From: Armatimonadota bacterium | Lineage (GTDB): Bacteria; Armatimonadota; DTGP01; JAHWJO01 | Direction of reading: 5' to 3' | Assembly (NCBI GenBank): GCA_038240635.1 | Contig: JBBRGS010000001.1 | Span: 1-59,167 of the forward strand | Length of the DNA: 59,167 nt | Shown here: positions 26,402-37,724 of the stretch, piece by piece | Numbering within the stretch: position 1 is the first letter of the stretch | How the letters are laid out: the number at the start of each line of letters is the position of its first letter | Translations under genes and position numbers: made by a program | Notes under the pieces: generated by a model | Told to the model about the DNA's origin: nothing | Databases searched by the model: none | The model's input: the letters and a program-made list of their open reading frames with translations, nothing else

Positions 26402-27601
26402 TCAGCCTCGGTTGGCGAGGGGCTTCCATTGGCGATCGCGCGGCCCCACGTAGACCGACTGCGGCCGGATGAGGCGGTTGTCCTTCAGCTGCTCGATCAT
26501 GTGGGCGGTCCACCCGGCGGTGCGCCCGATCCCGAACATCGGGGTGAAGAGCGCGGAGGGCACGCCTACCGCGTGGAGGATCAGCGCGGCGAACAGTTCC
26601 ACGTTGGCGTACAGGTCCCTCCCTGGCTTCAGTTCGTGGAGTACGCTGACGGTCGTCTCTTCCACGGCCTTGGTCAGGTTCAGCAGGTCGTAATTGCCGG
26701 TGAGGGCCGCCATTTTCTTCGCGGCTTCTTCCAGCACGGCGGCGCGGGGGTCGCGGACCTTATAGACGCGGTGTCCAAAACCCATGATGCGGCGCCCGTC
26801 GCGCATTTCGTTGCGGATGAACTCGTCGGCGCGGTCGGGGGTCCCGATTTCGGTGAGCATACGGAGCACCGGGCCGGGGACGCCGCCGTGCTTGGGGCCT
26901 TTGAGCGCGCCGATGGCCGCCGTGAGGGCGCTCACCATGTCGGAGTCGGTGGAGACGACGACGCGCGCGGTGAAGGTGGAGGCGTTGAGGCCGTGCTCGG
27001 CGATGGCGACGAAGTAGGCGTTGAGGGCGTCCACGCGCGCCGGATCCGGCTCCTCGCCTTCGAGCATATAGAGGAAGCCCTGCGCGAGGCCGTGTTCCCG
27101 TTTCGGCTGCACGATGTCCTGCCCCTTGGCGAGGCGCCACGTGTGCGCGACGATGGCGGGCATCTGCGCCTGCAACCGGGCCGCGCGGATCAGGTTCGGC
27201 TCCACTTCAAAGCGACGGTGACTGCGCGCGTGCGTATGGATGTCCACGTCTTCGGGGTCGAGGCTCAGCATGGAGGCGCCCATGCGGAGGATGTCCATGC
27301 CGGTGGCGTACGGCGCGATCTCGCGCAGCGCGCGCAGGGCGGGCGGCGGGATTTCACGGGCGCGGGACAACTCATACTGGAGACTCTCCAGCTCGGAGCG
27401 ATTGGGCAGTTCGCCGTGCCAGAGGAGGTAAGCCACCTCTTCAAAGGTCACGTGCCCGCGCAGCTCATTGATGTCGTAGCCGCGCAAAATGAGGCGTCCG
27501 TTCGTGCCGTCCACTTCGGCGATCTCGGTGGCGGCGGCGACAATGCCTTCCAATCCCCGATGCACTTGCGGTTCCGGGGCGCTCGCTCCTTCAATACTCA
27601 C
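26402..27601 (-). CDS. gltA: Citrate synthase (or 2-methylcitrate synthase), 399 aa
   Basis: ORF track. GFGHRVYKVRDPRA signature. N-terminal GLEGIVAAATEIAEVDG...LRGYDI. Confidence 0.9.
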   Translation of the reverse strand: MSIEGASAPEPQVHRGLEGIVAAATEIAEVDGTNGRLILRGYDINELRGHVTFEEVAYLLWHGELPNRSELESLQYELSRAREIPPPALRALREIAPYATGMDILRMGASMLSLDPEDVDIHTHARSHRRFEVEPNLIRAARLQAQMPAIVAHTWRLAKGQDIVQPKREHGLAQGFLYMLEGEEPDPARVDALNAYFVAIAEHGLNASTFTARVVVSTDSDMVSALTAAIGALKGPKHGGVPGPVLRMLTEIGTPDRADEFIRNEMRDGRRIMGFGHRVYKVRDPRAAVLEEAAKKMAALTGNYDLLNLTKAVEETTVSVLHELKPGRDLYANVELFAALILHAVGVPSALFTPMFGIGRTAGWTAHMIEQLKDNRLIRPQSVYVGPRDRQWKPLANRG

Positions 27602-27808
27602 CAGGGATTCCTCCAGCGGGTCAATGCAATGGTTCAGAAAACGAATGGGGCGCCGAATGTCGCCTGTGTCTCCACGTAGGCGACAGCGCCGCCGTCTTAA
27701 GCCTCCACAAGGAGGAAGGCGACAGGGGCGCGCTCAGCCTGCTTCACAGTATAGCGTCCCCTTCCACGTTTCCGGGTTTCCGGCGCCCTGGGCGCGTCGG
27801 AGGTCCCT

Positions 27809-28783
27809 TCAGAAGCCGTCCGGCCCCCACCAGCAGAACGCGCCGGAAGCGTACAGCTCCCGCACGGTCGCCATACGGGCGTTGTCGAGGACGCCCCGCC
27901 GCAGCATCTTCGAGCCGTCCTCGCCGAGACGCAGTCGCCCCATGCCTCTCAGCGCCTCCTCCATAACCGGGAGGCGAGGGGCGTTCACGTGGAGACGGGA
28001 GGCTCCGGCGGCGTGCGCGATCCGGGCGGCGGCGTTCAGCAGGAGGGGCAGCTCGTCCGGCTGGAGGGTGGCGATCTCTTCCACCGAGGCGGTTCCGCCC
28101 GCTTCGCCAGGGAGCTGGCCCAGCGCGTACCCTTCCAGCGCCCCGTTGCGCCGCAGCCCCACCAGCAGCCGATTCGGGTCGGCGTGATCGTAGCGGATGC
28201 GGAGCCAGCCGTTCCAGTACTCCAGCGACCGCTCGAAGAAGAGGGGCTGCGTGGCGTTGAAGGCGGCGTAGACGCGCGGCCCCTCCGTGAGCCACTCTTC
28301 CGGCGTAAGCGGCGAGAGCGGGGGATGGGACGCCCAGGAGGCGCCGGAGGGATCAGGCTCCACCACCAGCGTCGGCGTGACGACCGTTTCCCAGCCGTGG
28401 CGAGCGTAATGACCGTGCACTCCGGTGCCGAGCGCGGAGAAGGCGAACCCCTCGCCATCGAGGGTGGCGACGCACCGCCGCATGAGTTCGGTGGACAGCC
28501 CCCGGCGGCGATGCTCCGGCAGGGTGGCGACATTGGCCACGCCGCCCACGAGCATCTCGTCACCCAGCAGGCGCACGGGCCGCCGGACGAGGTGAACCGC
28601 CGCCACAATCCGGCCGTCCACCAGCGCCACCTGGCAATCCTGCGGCTGAAGCCACGGATCGCCTTCGAGGTAGGCGCGGAAATAGTCAGAGCCATCAAAG
28701 CCGAAGACGGCGCTCCAGAGCTCGATGAGGGCGGGCGTTTCGGCGGACTGGGCGGCGCGGTACTCGGCGGGAGAGGAGGTCAT
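27809..28783 (-). CDS. GNAT-family N-acetyltransferase with an Eis-like C-terminal (SCP2-type) domain, 324 aa
   Basis: Internal ATG (rc of 28781-28783) of ORF 27809..28858. VATLPEHRRRGLSTELMR is the acetyl-CoA binding motif. The extended C-terminal domain resembles Eis-like enzymes. Confidence 0.7.
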   Translation of the reverse strand: MTSSPAEYRAAQSAETPALIELWSAVFGFDGSDYFRAYLEGDPWLQPQDCQVALVDGRIVAAVHLVRRPVRLLGDEMLVGGVANVATLPEHRRRGLSTELMRRCVATLDGEGFAFSALGTGVHGHYARHGWETVVTPTLVVEPDPSGASWASHPPLSPLTPEEWLTEGPRVYAAFNATQPLFFERSLEYWNGWLRIRYDHADPNRLLVGLRRNGALEGYALGQLPGEAGGTASVEEIATLQPDELPLLLNAAARIAHAAGASRLHVNAPRLPVMEEALRGMGRLRLGEDGSKMLRRGVLDNARMATVRELYASGAFCWWGPDGF

Positions 28784-28929
28784 CGGGTATCCGAAAAAGT
28801 GACGAAAAGAGGCGCCCGGCCAACCGGAGCGAATCCCGATTAGCCGCGCGCCCCTCAATTCCCTCCCATCACCCTCTCACACCGGCTGGCGGCGGCTTCC
28901 GTGGGAGCGAAGGGGTCCTGGTTCCGCCT

Positions 28930-29532
28930 CTACGCCGCGACGCCGATCCCGTGCGCGCGCTCGTACGCGGTGATGGCGTCTTCCTGCCGCAGCGTGAGGC
29001 CGATGTCGTCGAGGCCCTCCAGCAGGCAGTTGCGGCGAAACTCGTCCACGGTGAACGGCTCGTTCAGCCCGCGACCGTCCTCCACCATCCGCCGCTCCAG
29101 GTCCACAGTAAGGCGGTAGCCTGGCTCCGCGAGGGCCTGAGCGAGAATCCGCTGGATCGATTCCTCCGGCAGCGTAACGGGCAGAATCCCGTTCTGGAAG
29201 CAGTTGTTGTGGAAGATGTCGGCGAAGCTCGGCGCGAGAATGACGCGGAAGCCGTAATCAAGCAGCGCCCAGGGCGCGTGTTCCCGCGACGACCCGCAGC
29301 CGAAGTTCCGCTCCGCCACGAGGATGCTGGCGCCTTCGTAGCCGGGGCGGTTCAGTTCAAACTCCGCGTTGGGGGTCCCGTCGTCCTTGAAGCGCCAGTC
29401 GAAGAAGAGGAACTGGCCGAAGCCGGTGCGTTCCAGCCGCTTGAGGAACTGCTTGGGGATGATCTGGTCGGTGTCCACGTTGAGGCGAGGCAGCGGCGCC
29501 ACAATTCCGGTCCACACGCGAAACGGCTCCAT
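28930..29532 (-). CDS. leuD: 3-isopropylmalate dehydratase small subunit, 200 aa
   Basis: ATG (rc of 29530-29532) with GGAGG 8 nt upstream. [27 protein letters not shown] matches the family. Confidence 0.92.
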   Translation of the reverse strand: MEPFRVWTGIVAPLPRLNVDTDQIIPKQFLKRLERTGFGQFLFFDWRFKDDGTPNAEFELNRPGYEGASILVAERNFGCGSSREHAPWALLDYGFRVILAPSFADIFHNNCFQNGILPVTLPEESIQRILAQALAEPGYRLTVDLERRMVEDGRGLNEPFTVDEFRRNCLLEGLDDIGLTLRQEDAITAYERAHGIGVAA

Positions 29533-29654
29533 AGGTCTGACCTCCGGCAAGGCTAAGGTGGAAGGGGAGGAGGCGCGAAGGAAGGCCGCGCCTCTGCAAA
29601 GCGTTCAGGGCTGATATACAGGCTGATATACAGGGCTGACCCTGGGCGGAGCGG

Positions 29655-31058
29655 TTACTTCCAGTCGCGGATGTCCACGAAGCGCCCGGTGACGGCGGCG
29701 GCGGCGGCCATCTGCGGGCTGACGAGGTGCGTGCGGCCTTCCTTGCCCTGCCGTCCTTCAAAGTTGCGGTTAGAGGTGGAAGCGCATCGCTCCCCCGGCT
29801 GCAGCACGTCGGGGTTCATCGCCAGGCACATCGAGCAGCCCGATTCGCGCCACTCGAATCCGGCCTCCGTGAAGACGCGGTCCAGTCCCTCGGCTTCGGC
29901 CTGCGCCTTCACGCGCTGGGAGCCGGGCACGACCATCGCGCTGACCTTCGGGCTGACCTTCTTCCCTTTGGCGAAGGCGGCGGCGGCCCGCAAGTCCTCG
30001 ATGCGCCCGTTGGTGCAGGAGCCGATGAAGACCCGGTGGACTTCGATCTCCTCGATGCGCTGACCGGCGGTCAGACCCATATACTCCAGGGCGCGCTCGG
30101 TGGCGCGGCGGTCGGCGTCGCTCGTCATGGCGGCGGGATCGGGCACGCGGTCGGTCACGGAGGCGACCATGCCGGGGCTGGTGCCCCACGTCACCTGGGG
30201 GGCGATGTCGGCGGCGTTCAGTTGCACCACCCGGTCGTAGGTAGCGCCGGGATCGCTGGGGAAGGCCTTCCACTTCGCCACGGCGGCGTCCCAGTCGGCG
30301 CCCTGCGGCGCGTGAGGGCGGCCTTTGAGGTAGGCGAAGGTCGTCTCGTCGGGGGCGACCATTCCGGCGCGTGCCCCGGCTTCGATGGACATATTGCAGA
30401 CGGTCATGCGGCCTTCCATGCTCAGGGCGCGGATTGCCTCGCCGGTGTACTCCACCACGTAACCGGTGGCGCCGTCGGTCCCGATCTTCCCGATGATGGC
30501 GAGGATGATGTCCTTGGCGGTGACACCTCGGCCCACCTGTCCGTTGACGCGGACCTCCATGGTCTTCGGGCGGGCCTGCGGGAGGCATTGCGTGGCGAGG
30601 ACGTGCTCCACTTCCGAGGTGCCGATGCCAAACGCCAAGGCGCCGAAAGCGCCGTGCGTGGAGGTATGACTGTCGCCGCAGACGATGGTCATCCCCGGCT
30701 GCGTGAACCCCTGCTCCGGCCCGATGACGTGGACGATGCCCTGATCGGGACTGTGAATGTCGTACAGGGTGATGCCGAACTCGTCGCAGTTGTGGGCCAG
30801 CGCGGCGATCTGGGCGGCGGAGACCTGGTCCAGGATGGGCAGCAGGCGGCTGGTCGTGGGCACGTTGTGGTCTACCGTCGCCAGGGCGCGTTCGGGGCGG
30901 CGTACCGTTCGACCCGTCACTCTCAGGCCGTCGAAGGCCTGGGGGGAGGTGACTTCGTGGACGAGGTGGAGATCAATGTAGAGGAGGGCGGGCGCGCCGG
31001 GCGATTGGGCGACAACGTGCGCGTCCCAGATTTTCGCGAACAGGGTTTGTGCAGCCAT
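29655..31058 (-). CDS. leuC: 3-isopropylmalate dehydratase large subunit, 467 aa
   Basis: ORF track. [11 protein letters not shown]...[15 protein letters not shown]...VDHNVPT. Aconitase-family Cys ligand motifs ([15 protein letters not shown]). Confidence 0.95.
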   Translation of the reverse strand: MAAQTLFAKIWDAHVVAQSPGAPALLYIDLHLVHEVTSPQAFDGLRVTGRTVRRPERALATVDHNVPTTSRLLPILDQVSAAQIAALAHNCDEFGITLYDIHSPDQGIVHVIGPEQGFTQPGMTIVCGDSHTSTHGAFGALAFGIGTSEVEHVLATQCLPQARPKTMEVRVNGQVGRGVTAKDIILAIIGKIGTDGATGYVVEYTGEAIRALSMEGRMTVCNMSIEAGARAGMVAPDETTFAYLKGRPHAPQGADWDAAVAKWKAFPSDPGATYDRVVQLNAADIAPQVTWGTSPGMVASVTDRVPDPAAMTSDADRRATERALEYMGLTAGQRIEEIEVHRVFIGSCTNGRIEDLRAAAAFAKGKKVSPKVSAMVVPGSQRVKAQAEAEGLDRVFTEAGFEWRESGCSMCLAMNPDVLQPGERCASTSNRNFEGRQGKEGRTHLVSPQMAAAAAVTGRFVDIRDWK

Positions 31059-31321
31059 GGAGCGCCTCCAGGGAGATTGAACGGGAAGACGAGGACGGGC
31101 GGGAACGCTCCGTCACTGGTATCTTAAGAGGTCGGCCGCAACCGCGCAATAATCGCACGGGGGTTGTGCATTTATGCGTGATAATGCGGCGCTTCGATGT
31201 CCGGTCCATATTTGTGAGCCTGAATGAGCCGGTCGGCCACGAGATGGAGCGCGCGAAGACGCCCCCGGTCGCGGCGGCGTCTCGTTCGCGGATTCAGGGC
31301 GGGCCTGCGTGGCGAGACCGA

Positions 31322-33673
31322 TTACATCCGGCGGGTCCAGGTGACGCCCGCGCCAGGTTTTTTCAGGCCGTTGGCGTAAAGGTCCACGCGGATGTTTTTC
31401 AGGGCTTCCGCGCGGACGCCCAGCGTGATCTTATGATTTTTGGGCGTGGTCGGATCGCGGGCGTAGTCGGCCAGGATGCGGATGCGGGGGGTGAGATGGT
31501 GATCCGCGCCAAAGAAGAGGCCCTTCAGCGTATTCGTGCCGATTCCAGCGTGAACGGTGAGGCGCCCCAGGGTCTTGCTGGCGACGCCGTAGTACGCCTT
31601 GTATAACACCGATTTGGAGACATTGCCCAGGCTTCCGGCGAAGTCCTGCGCTCCAAAGGCGAGAGCCGGACGGCTTCCACGCTCCGCCATGAGGAGGTAC
31701 TGGGCGCTGATCTCCTTGTCCACGTTCCAGCCGCTGGAGGAAGGATTGGCGGGTTCATTGAGGTTGTAGCGCTGGACTCCCAGGCGGCCTTCCAGGTTGG
31801 TTAGCCGGAGGGTTACTTCCGTGCGAGGGAGGATACCGAGGGTGAGGTACTCCGCAACGGTTCCCCGGCCTCCCAAGCCATTGGACTTTTTGCGGTAAGC
31901 CTGGTCCACCCAGTTGGCGCCCAGGGTCCAGTAGCCGTACGGTTCCACCTCCGCCGCCGGGACAAACCAGAGGCCCGTTGTACCGGAGAGCGAGGGTCCG
32001 GTGATGGCGGAAAGGGGGATGTCGCGCATCTCTTCCTGAAGGGCGGGAGTCACGCCGCCTTCTGCCGCAGAGCCTTTTAGGAACGCCACATATTTGGGGA
32101 GAATGGCGGGCATTGTGGCGATCTGCCAGTTCTCGGTCCATCCGTTGGTGTTGAAGGTGCGTCCCGCGTTGGAGCCTTTTTGCGTCACGCTGACGCCAAA
32201 ATCCTGCTCGCGTCGTAAACGTAATGGTTTGGGAGCGCTGAATTTGGAGCCGCCCAGGGGCCAGCGGAGTTGAAACGTGAGGAGTTTATCGGTGTTGGTT
32301 TTGGTGTAGATGAACTCGTAGCTGCGCTGTCGGAATTGGCTGGAGAAGCCGAACGCGCCGCCGGTGTCGCCGGAAAGGAACCTGCCGCCCCGCGCGAACA
32401 CCTGCGCGTCCACATGAGGCAGTTGATGCCGCCACGTACCCAGGTAAGCGAATCGCTTCAGGTCACCTAAGCTGCGCCCTACGCGGCCGAAGTCGAGCGC
32501 CAGCGCGTCATGGGTGGCGGGAAACAGGTTGATCGTTCCCCGCATCGCTCCATACCCCTCCCGGAATGTTCCAGCGCCGGCCTCGGCATACAGTTTTGGC
32601 CCGAAGCGGCGGACATAGGTCACTTCGCCCACATCGGTGGTCGGCTTTTTGGACTGGTTACTCACGCTGTTGAGGGGGACCCATTCTCGCAGCTGCACCC
32701 GCAGGCCCTTGAAGAGGTCAGTTTGCAGCCCCAGCCGCAGCCGCTCCTGGATTCCTGGCGCCGACTGACCCGCATAGGAAGTGATGTCGCCTCGGATGCC
32801 CTGGCCCAGGGTGGCGTCCACGCGCCCAAAGCTTTTCGATGCGCCCCCGTGGCTGCTCAATTCCGGCCAGGTCACCCGCAGCTGGCGCCGAAATTCCTCA
32901 TCTGAAAGCGACCCGGAGAGGTAATCCCGGAAGGCCACCACAGAGGTTTGCGCCTGATACGCCGGGACTCCGCGTTGTTTTCCCACGACGGTGAGGGGGC
33001 CGCGCGCCGGGGAGTCGGCGAGGGCGCGCAACACGGCGCCGATGGCGTCCACTTCCCAGCGCCACCGCCGGTTCTCGAATTCGACGTAGAGGCCGCCTTC
33101 CTTGGTGGTGGCGACAAAGATATTCTCCAGACCCATGCCAACGAGGGTGTCAGTCAGTTCCGCGTTCAGTTCCGCCTGTTCCGGTGTGGCGGCCACGAGG
33201 GTAAGCGCCTTGGAAGAGGGGGACAATTCGGTAACGGGGGGAGAAGCGGGCGAGGTGGGATTGACCGGCGTCGGCTCCACGGGCGTCGGCTCCACGGGCG
33301 AGGTGGGATTGACCGGCGGAATGGGGGGAGTGACCGGAGGCGCCGGCTGGGCCGTGGCGCCTGGCTCATAGGTCACAGTGTCGCCCACGCGCACGATCAC
33401 GTTGGGGAGCGATTCGATGATGGCGGCGTCGGCCTCATGGTCGCGGAGGAGATTCACTCGCAATCGTCCCACCACCGCGCCATTCTTGAGGACCTGCGCT
33501 TCCTGCCCGATGCTCAGCCCTTCGGCGCGCCCCGCGTCCAGGGTGTAGCGCGCGCCATTGACCCGCACGAGGGTCGCGGTGGCGACCGCCGAAGCCCCGA
33601 GCGCCGGAGCGATGACGGCGGCCAGCGCCGCGCCTGAAAGCAGCAAAATGGAATTGGAGCGTCGGATGTTCAA
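31322..33673 (-). CDS. Large secreted/outer-membrane-associated protein, possibly YjbH/GfcD-like (exopolysaccharide-associated), ~783 aa
   Basis: ORF 31322..33811. I prefer the TTG start (rc of 33671-33673) after GAGGGA, which gives the signal peptide LNIRRSNSILLLSGAALAAVIAPALGASA. The upstream ORF part lies in a low-GC, promoter-like stretch. Pro/Thr-rich linker with a PVNPTSPVEPTPVEPTPVNPTSP repeat. Family call is tentative. Confidence 0.5.
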   Translation of the reverse strand: MNIRRSNSILLLSGAALAAVIAPALGASAVATATLVRVNGARYTLDAGRAEGLSIGQEAQVLKNGAVVGRLRVNLLRDHEADAAIIESLPNVIVRVGDTVTYEPGATAQPAPPVTPPIPPVNPTSPVEPTPVEPTPVNPTSPASPPVTELSPSSKALTLVAATPEQAELNAELTDTLVGMGLENIFVATTKEGGLYVEFENRRWRWEVDAIGAVLRALADSPARGPLTVVGKQRGVPAYQAQTSVVAFRDYLSGSLSDEEFRRQLRVTWPELSSHGGASKSFGRVDATLGQGIRGDITSYAGQSAPGIQERLRLGLQTDLFKGLRVQLREWVPLNSVSNQSKKPTTDVGEVTYVRRFGPKLYAEAGAGTFREGYGAMRGTINLFPATHDALALDFGRVGRSLGDLKRFAYLGTWRHQLPHVDAQVFARGGRFLSGDTGGAFGFSSQFRQRSYEFIYTKTNTDKLLTFQLRWPLGGSKFSAPKPLRLRREQDFGVSVTQKGSNAGRTFNTNGWTENWQIATMPAILPKYVAFLKGSAAEGGVTPALQEEMRDIPLSAITGPSLSGTTGLWFVPAAEVEPYGYWTLGANWVDQAYRKKSNGLGGRGTVAEYLTLGILPRTEVTLRLTNLEGRLGVQRYNLNEPANPSSSGWNVDKEISAQYLLMAERGSRPALAFGAQDFAGSLGNVSKSVLYKAYYGVASKTLGRLTVHAGIGTNTLKGLFFGADHHLTPRIRILADYARDPTTPKNHKITLGVRAEALKNIRVDLYANGLKKPGAGVTWTRRM

Positions 33674-33856
33674 TCGTCCCTCGCGGTCGTTAAGAGGAGG
33701 AATCAGGGGAAGGATTATTTGGAGATGGGAACGAGGCTGAGGCGTAAAGGGGTTGAAATAAATGCAATCCACACTGTTGTAAACGATTTCCGGTTCGAGG
33801 GGTAAGATCAATTTCCTGCGGATGGCGGTTTCCGCCCGGTTTCCGGCGACGGGGCG

Positions 33857-34837
33857 TTAAGTGGTGTTGGCTTCCGGCGACGCCTGGTACCAGCGGTAGG
33901 TGTCGCGGATGCCCTGCTCCAGGGGGATGGAGGCGCGCCATCCGAGGGCGGTGAGTTTGGAGACATCGAGTCGCTTGCGGGGAGCGCCGTCCGGTTTGGA
34001 GGGGTCGAACTCCAGCTCGCCGGGGTACCCGACGACGAGGCGGATGGTCTCGGCGAGTTCCCGAATGGTGACATCCTCCCCGACGCCGACGTTCACCGGT
34101 TCGGTTCCTTCGTACCGTTCCATCAGGAAGAGGCAGGCTTCCGCCAGATCGTCCACATGGAGGAATTCGCGGTACGGCTTGCCGCTTCCCCAGATGGGGA
34201 CGGACGGGGCGCCGGATTGCTTTGCCTCATGAAACTTGCGGAGGAGCGCGGGCAGCACGTGGGAGCTGGTCAGGTCGAAGTTATCGTTGGGGCCGTACAG
34301 GTTGGTGGGCATGGCGGAGATGAAGCGGTCGCCATACTCGCGCTGATACGCTTCACACAGTTTGAGGCCGGCGATTTTGGCGAGGGCGTACGCCTCATTG
34401 GTCGGTTCGAGCGCGCCGGTGAGCAGGGAGTCTTCACGGATTGGCTGCGGGGCAAACTTGGGATAGATGCAGGAGCTACCCAGGAAGAGGAGTTTGGTCA
34501 CGCCGAAATCGTGGGCGGCCTCGATGACGTGGTTCTGGATTTTCAGGTTTTCGAGGAGGAATTCCACCGGAGCGTCCCGGTTGGCGAGGATACCGCCGAC
34601 TTTCGCCGCCGCCAGGATGACATACGCGGGGCGGCGCTCGTCGAAGAAGGCGCGGACGGCCTCGGCGTGGGAGAGGTCGAGTTCCGCGCGGGTGCGGGTC
34701 AGGATGCAGCGGGGATTCCGGCGTTCGAGGGCGCGCACGAGGGCCGAGCCGACGAGGCCCCGATGCCCCGCCACGAAGAACGACTCGTCCCGCGCGTAGA
34801 GGTCCTCCGTTGAATGGGTGATATGTTCAGCGGTCAT
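33857..34837 (-). CDS. fcl: GDP-L-fucose synthase (GDP-4-keto-6-deoxy-D-mannose epimerase/reductase), 326 aa
   Basis: ORF track. FVAGHRGLVGSAL...AAAKVGGILAN...SSCIYPKFAPQPIRE...NEAYALAKIAG. Confidence 0.9.
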   Translation of the reverse strand: MTAEHITHSTEDLYARDESFFVAGHRGLVGSALVRALERRNPRCILTRTRAELDLSHAEAVRAFFDERRPAYVILAAAKVGGILANRDAPVEFLLENLKIQNHVIEAAHDFGVTKLLFLGSSCIYPKFAPQPIREDSLLTGALEPTNEAYALAKIAGLKLCEAYQREYGDRFISAMPTNLYGPNDNFDLTSSHVLPALLRKFHEAKQSGAPSVPIWGSGKPYREFLHVDDLAEACLFLMERYEGTEPVNVGVGEDVTIRELAETIRLVVGYPGELEFDPSKPDGAPRKRLDVSKLTALGWRASIPLEQGIRDTYRWYQASPEANTT

Positions 34838-34894
34838 TCCGGCTCCCTGAGTGGCGCGTACGCGGCTGGATACGGATCGGCGAGCGCTTCCGGC

Positions 34895-35941
34895 TTACTG
34901 AGTGGCGCCGGCGCTGGGGTAGATGGTGTGGCCCGCCTCCCGCAGCGTTCTTTCGCGGCGCGCGAGGTCGAGGTCGTGCTCGACCATGCGGCGGATCAGT
35001 TCGGTGAAGGTGACCTGAGGCTTCCATCCGAGACGTTCGCGGGCTTTGGAGGGGTCGCCGAGCAGGTAGTCCACTTCCGCCGGACGGAGGTACTGGGGGT
35101 CAGTTTCCACGAAGTCATGGAAGTCGAGGTTGAGCTGGCCGAACGCCTCGGCGAGGAGTTCCTCCACGGAGTGGGCTTCGCCGGTGGCGATCACATAGTC
35201 GTCGGGCTGATCGGCCTGAAGCATCCGCCACATGGCTTCGACGAAATCGCCGGCAAATCCCCAGTCGCGTTTGGCGGAGAGATTCCCCATGAAGAGTTTA
35301 TCCTGAAGCCCCAGGCTGATTCGCGCGGCGGCTCGCGTCACCTTGCGAGTGACGAAGGTTTCGCCCCGGCGTGGACTTTCGTGGTTGAAGAGGATGCCGT
35401 TGCTGGCGAAGATGCCGTACGATTCGCGGTAGTTGACGCATTGATGAAAGCTGTAAACCTTGGCGCAGGCGTAGGGGCTGCGGGGGTGGAAGGGGGTGTT
35501 TTCGGCCTGAGGCGGGGGGGAGGCGCCAAACATTTCGGAGCTGCTGGCCTGATAGAATCGCACATCGTGGCTCGTGCGGTCCCGGTAATCGCGCACGGCT
35601 TCCAGCAGTCGCAGGGTGCCCAGTCCCACTACGTCCACGGTGTATTCCGGCTCATCGAAGGAGACGCGGACGTGGGATTGGGCGCCGAGGTGATAGACCT
35701 CATCCGGACGGGTTTTTTCGACCAGGCGTCGCAGGCCGGTGGCGTCGGAGAGGTCGCCATAGTATAAGGAGAGCGGGGCGCCCTGCTGATGGCGGTCATG
35801 GTAGAGATGATCGATACGGTCGGTGTTGAAGCTGCTGGCGCGCCGCACGATTCCGTGAACGTCGTACCCTTTGGACAGGAGCAGTTCAGTGAGGTAACTG
35901 CCGTCCTGCCCGGTGATGCCGGTGATCAACGCGCGCTTCAT
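34895..35941 (-). CDS. gmd: GDP-mannose 4,6-dehydratase, 348 aa
   Basis: Internal ATG (rc of 35939-35941) of ORF 34895..36367. [34 protein letters not shown]...YACAKVY...FNHESPRRG. Confidence 0.93.
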   Translation of the reverse strand: MKRALITGITGQDGSYLTELLLSKGYDVHGIVRRASSFNTDRIDHLYHDRHQQGAPLSLYYGDLSDATGLRRLVEKTRPDEVYHLGAQSHVRVSFDEPEYTVDVVGLGTLRLLEAVRDYRDRTSHDVRFYQASSSEMFGASPPPQAENTPFHPRSPYACAKVYSFHQCVNYRESYGIFASNGILFNHESPRRGETFVTRKVTRAAARISLGLQDKLFMGNLSAKRDWGFAGDFVEAMWRMLQADQPDDYVIATGEAHSVEELLAEAFGQLNLDFHDFVETDPQYLRPAEVDYLLGDPSKARERLGWKPQVTFTELIRRMVEHDLDLARRERTLREAGHTIYPSAGATQ

Positions 35942-36194
35942 TCTGATTTCCGGTTCGCTCAACCCTGAGCCTCCTGTAATAGTGAGTCGAGCGATGGCCC
36001 GCCGGGCAGGTGTCTGCCCGTTTAGTTTAGCAGAAACGTGCGAGGAATCTGGCCAGCCGGCACAGCGGCGGATCGGGTTGGGGTTACGATAGGTCGAACT
36101 CCCGCAGATGACGACCCATCTTTCCTCTGCTGAAAAACCCTGTAGCGAGAGCGGAATGGAGCGGAGGGTGGGAAAATGAAATGTGATGAAGCGC

Positions 36195-37724
36195 CTACGA
36201 CGCCTCAAGGGTGACGCGGCCCAGCCGGTAGCGACGGGCGCCGTCGTCGTTCGGCAGCGGCAGGGCGATGCGCGGCGTCCCAATCCGGTCCCCCACCGAG
36301 ACAAACAGGTCATAGTCGCCGGGGCGCGTGACCGGGGCGATGAGGCCCGCCGTGAACTCCGAATCATGGGCGGTGACGGGAGGCGCGCCAGGAGGGCCGA
36401 CCGCCAGCCGCCTCATATCGAAGGTTTCGTCGGTCATGACGCTGACGATGCCGCCCTTGTCGTCCTTGAGCGTGAGGGCGAGGAAGCCGCCAGGGTAGCA
36501 TGGGGCGACCCCCGCGTTGGCCCAGCGCCACTTCACGGGGAAGGGCTGGCCGAGGACGACCTTGCGCGGCCAGGTAACTTCGTGCAATTGGAGGCGATAC
36601 CCCATGCGCCGGTTGATCGCCTCGATGACGGCGCGGTTCTCGTCCAGGAGGATGCGCGGCCACCAGTGGATGGACATATAGCTCGCGTGGTACTCCTCCA
36701 CGGCCTTCAGCAGGAGCGAGCCGTCGCCCCAGGCGCCTTTCTCCTTCGAGCCGCCGTAATGCTCGTGTTCCAGGATGACCGGCTGGTGAGGCCAGAACGC
36801 CTGCGCGAGGTCCGCGTGATACCACGAATAAGGCGGCGGCTGGACGAGGATGCTGTCGTCTCGCAGGGTGACGCCGCGCGCGCGGGCGTAGTCGGTTTCG
36901 GGGAGGTGGAAGCCCGGCGTTCCGGGACCGGCGATGTCGTCGCTGACGCAGAGCAGGGTGCGCTTGAAATGCTTCACGGCGAGGTCAATGTGTTTCCGAA
37001 TGTTGACGGCGGCCTGTGCGGCGGGGGGGCGGCTGCTGGCGTCGGTGTGGCCTTCGCCCCAGAGGCCGTAGGTCCCGATATCCCAGAAGGCGACGTGGGG
37101 ATTTCCGTCGTAGCGGGCGGCGCAGGCGGCGAGAAAGCGGTCGAGTTTGGCGAGGAAAACCGGGTCGCCGAAGTCGGGGTCCCACGCCGGGCCGTCGTCG
37201 GTAGGGCCTTTGCCGTACTCGTAGAAGACGCCTTTGGCCCCGGCGCGCTTCACCCATTCGGGGGTGGCGTACCGCATCCAGTTCTCCGAGCAGGTGAGGC
37301 GGAAGGCGGCCTTCTTCCCTTTGGATATCCAGCGCTGCGCCGGAGTGTCCAGCAGCGCCCAGTTGAAGCGACCCTCGCTCGGTTCGAGGAACGCCCACGG
37401 GACGCGCAGGTAGACGGTGGAGAGGCCGGGGAAGTCGTCCACGGTGTCGGAGGGTTCGAGTTGAGAACCGTAGTTGGTGACAACGTTGGAGTAGTAATGA
37501 AGCGTCCAGCCCATATCGGGATTGACGAGGGCGGCCCCGGTATCGGCGGGACGAACCGTGACCCTGCCGGAATCGCCCGGCTCGCTCTGCGCGGGGTCCG
37601 GCGAGGTGTCTGAGGTCGGCATGGGGCGTCTCCATTCGGGGGCGGTCGTCGGCTCCCCCGCGAGGGCGGACGCGGCGGTCAGCGCCAGCGGGGCGAGGAG
37701 GAGGGAACGGCGCGGCAGTCTCAT
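36195..37724 (-). CDS. Secreted TIM-barrel glycoside-hydrolase-like protein (DUF4874/DUF4832-like), 509 aa
   Basis: ORF track. Signal peptide. [11 protein letters not shown]...[17 protein letters not shown] pattern. Family call is from recall only. Confidence 0.5.
   Translation of the reverse strand: MRLPRRSLLLAPLALTAASALAGEPTTAPEWRRPMPTSDTSPDPAQSEPGDSGRVTVRPADTGAALVNPDMGWTLHYYSNVVTNYGSQLEPSDTVDDFPGLSTVYLRVPWAFLEPSEGRFNWALLDTPAQRWISKGKKAAFRLTCSENWMRYATPEWVKRAGAKGVFYEYGKGPTDDGPAWDPDFGDPVFLAKLDRFLAACAARYDGNPHVAFWDIGTYGLWGEGHTDASSRPPAAQAAVNIRKHIDLAVKHFKRTLLCVSDDIAGPGTPGFHLPETDYARARGVTLRDDSILVQPPPYSWYHADLAQAFWPHQPVILEHEHYGGSKEKGAWGDGSLLLKAVEEYHASYMSIHWWPRILLDENRAVIEAINRRMGYRLQLHEVTWPRKVVLGQPFPVKWRWANAGVAPCYPGGFLALTLKDDKGGIVSVMTDETFDMRRLAVGPPGAPPVTAHDSEFTAGLIAPVTRPGDYDLFVSVGDRIGTPRIALPLPNDDGARRYRLGRVTLEAS

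Noticed and set aside
33674-33811. N-terminal 46 codons of ORF 31322..33811
   Set aside because: This segment is locally low in GC and encodes no signal peptide. A TTG start at 33673 with an upstream GAGGGA gives a canonical signal sequence. The start assignment remains uncertain.
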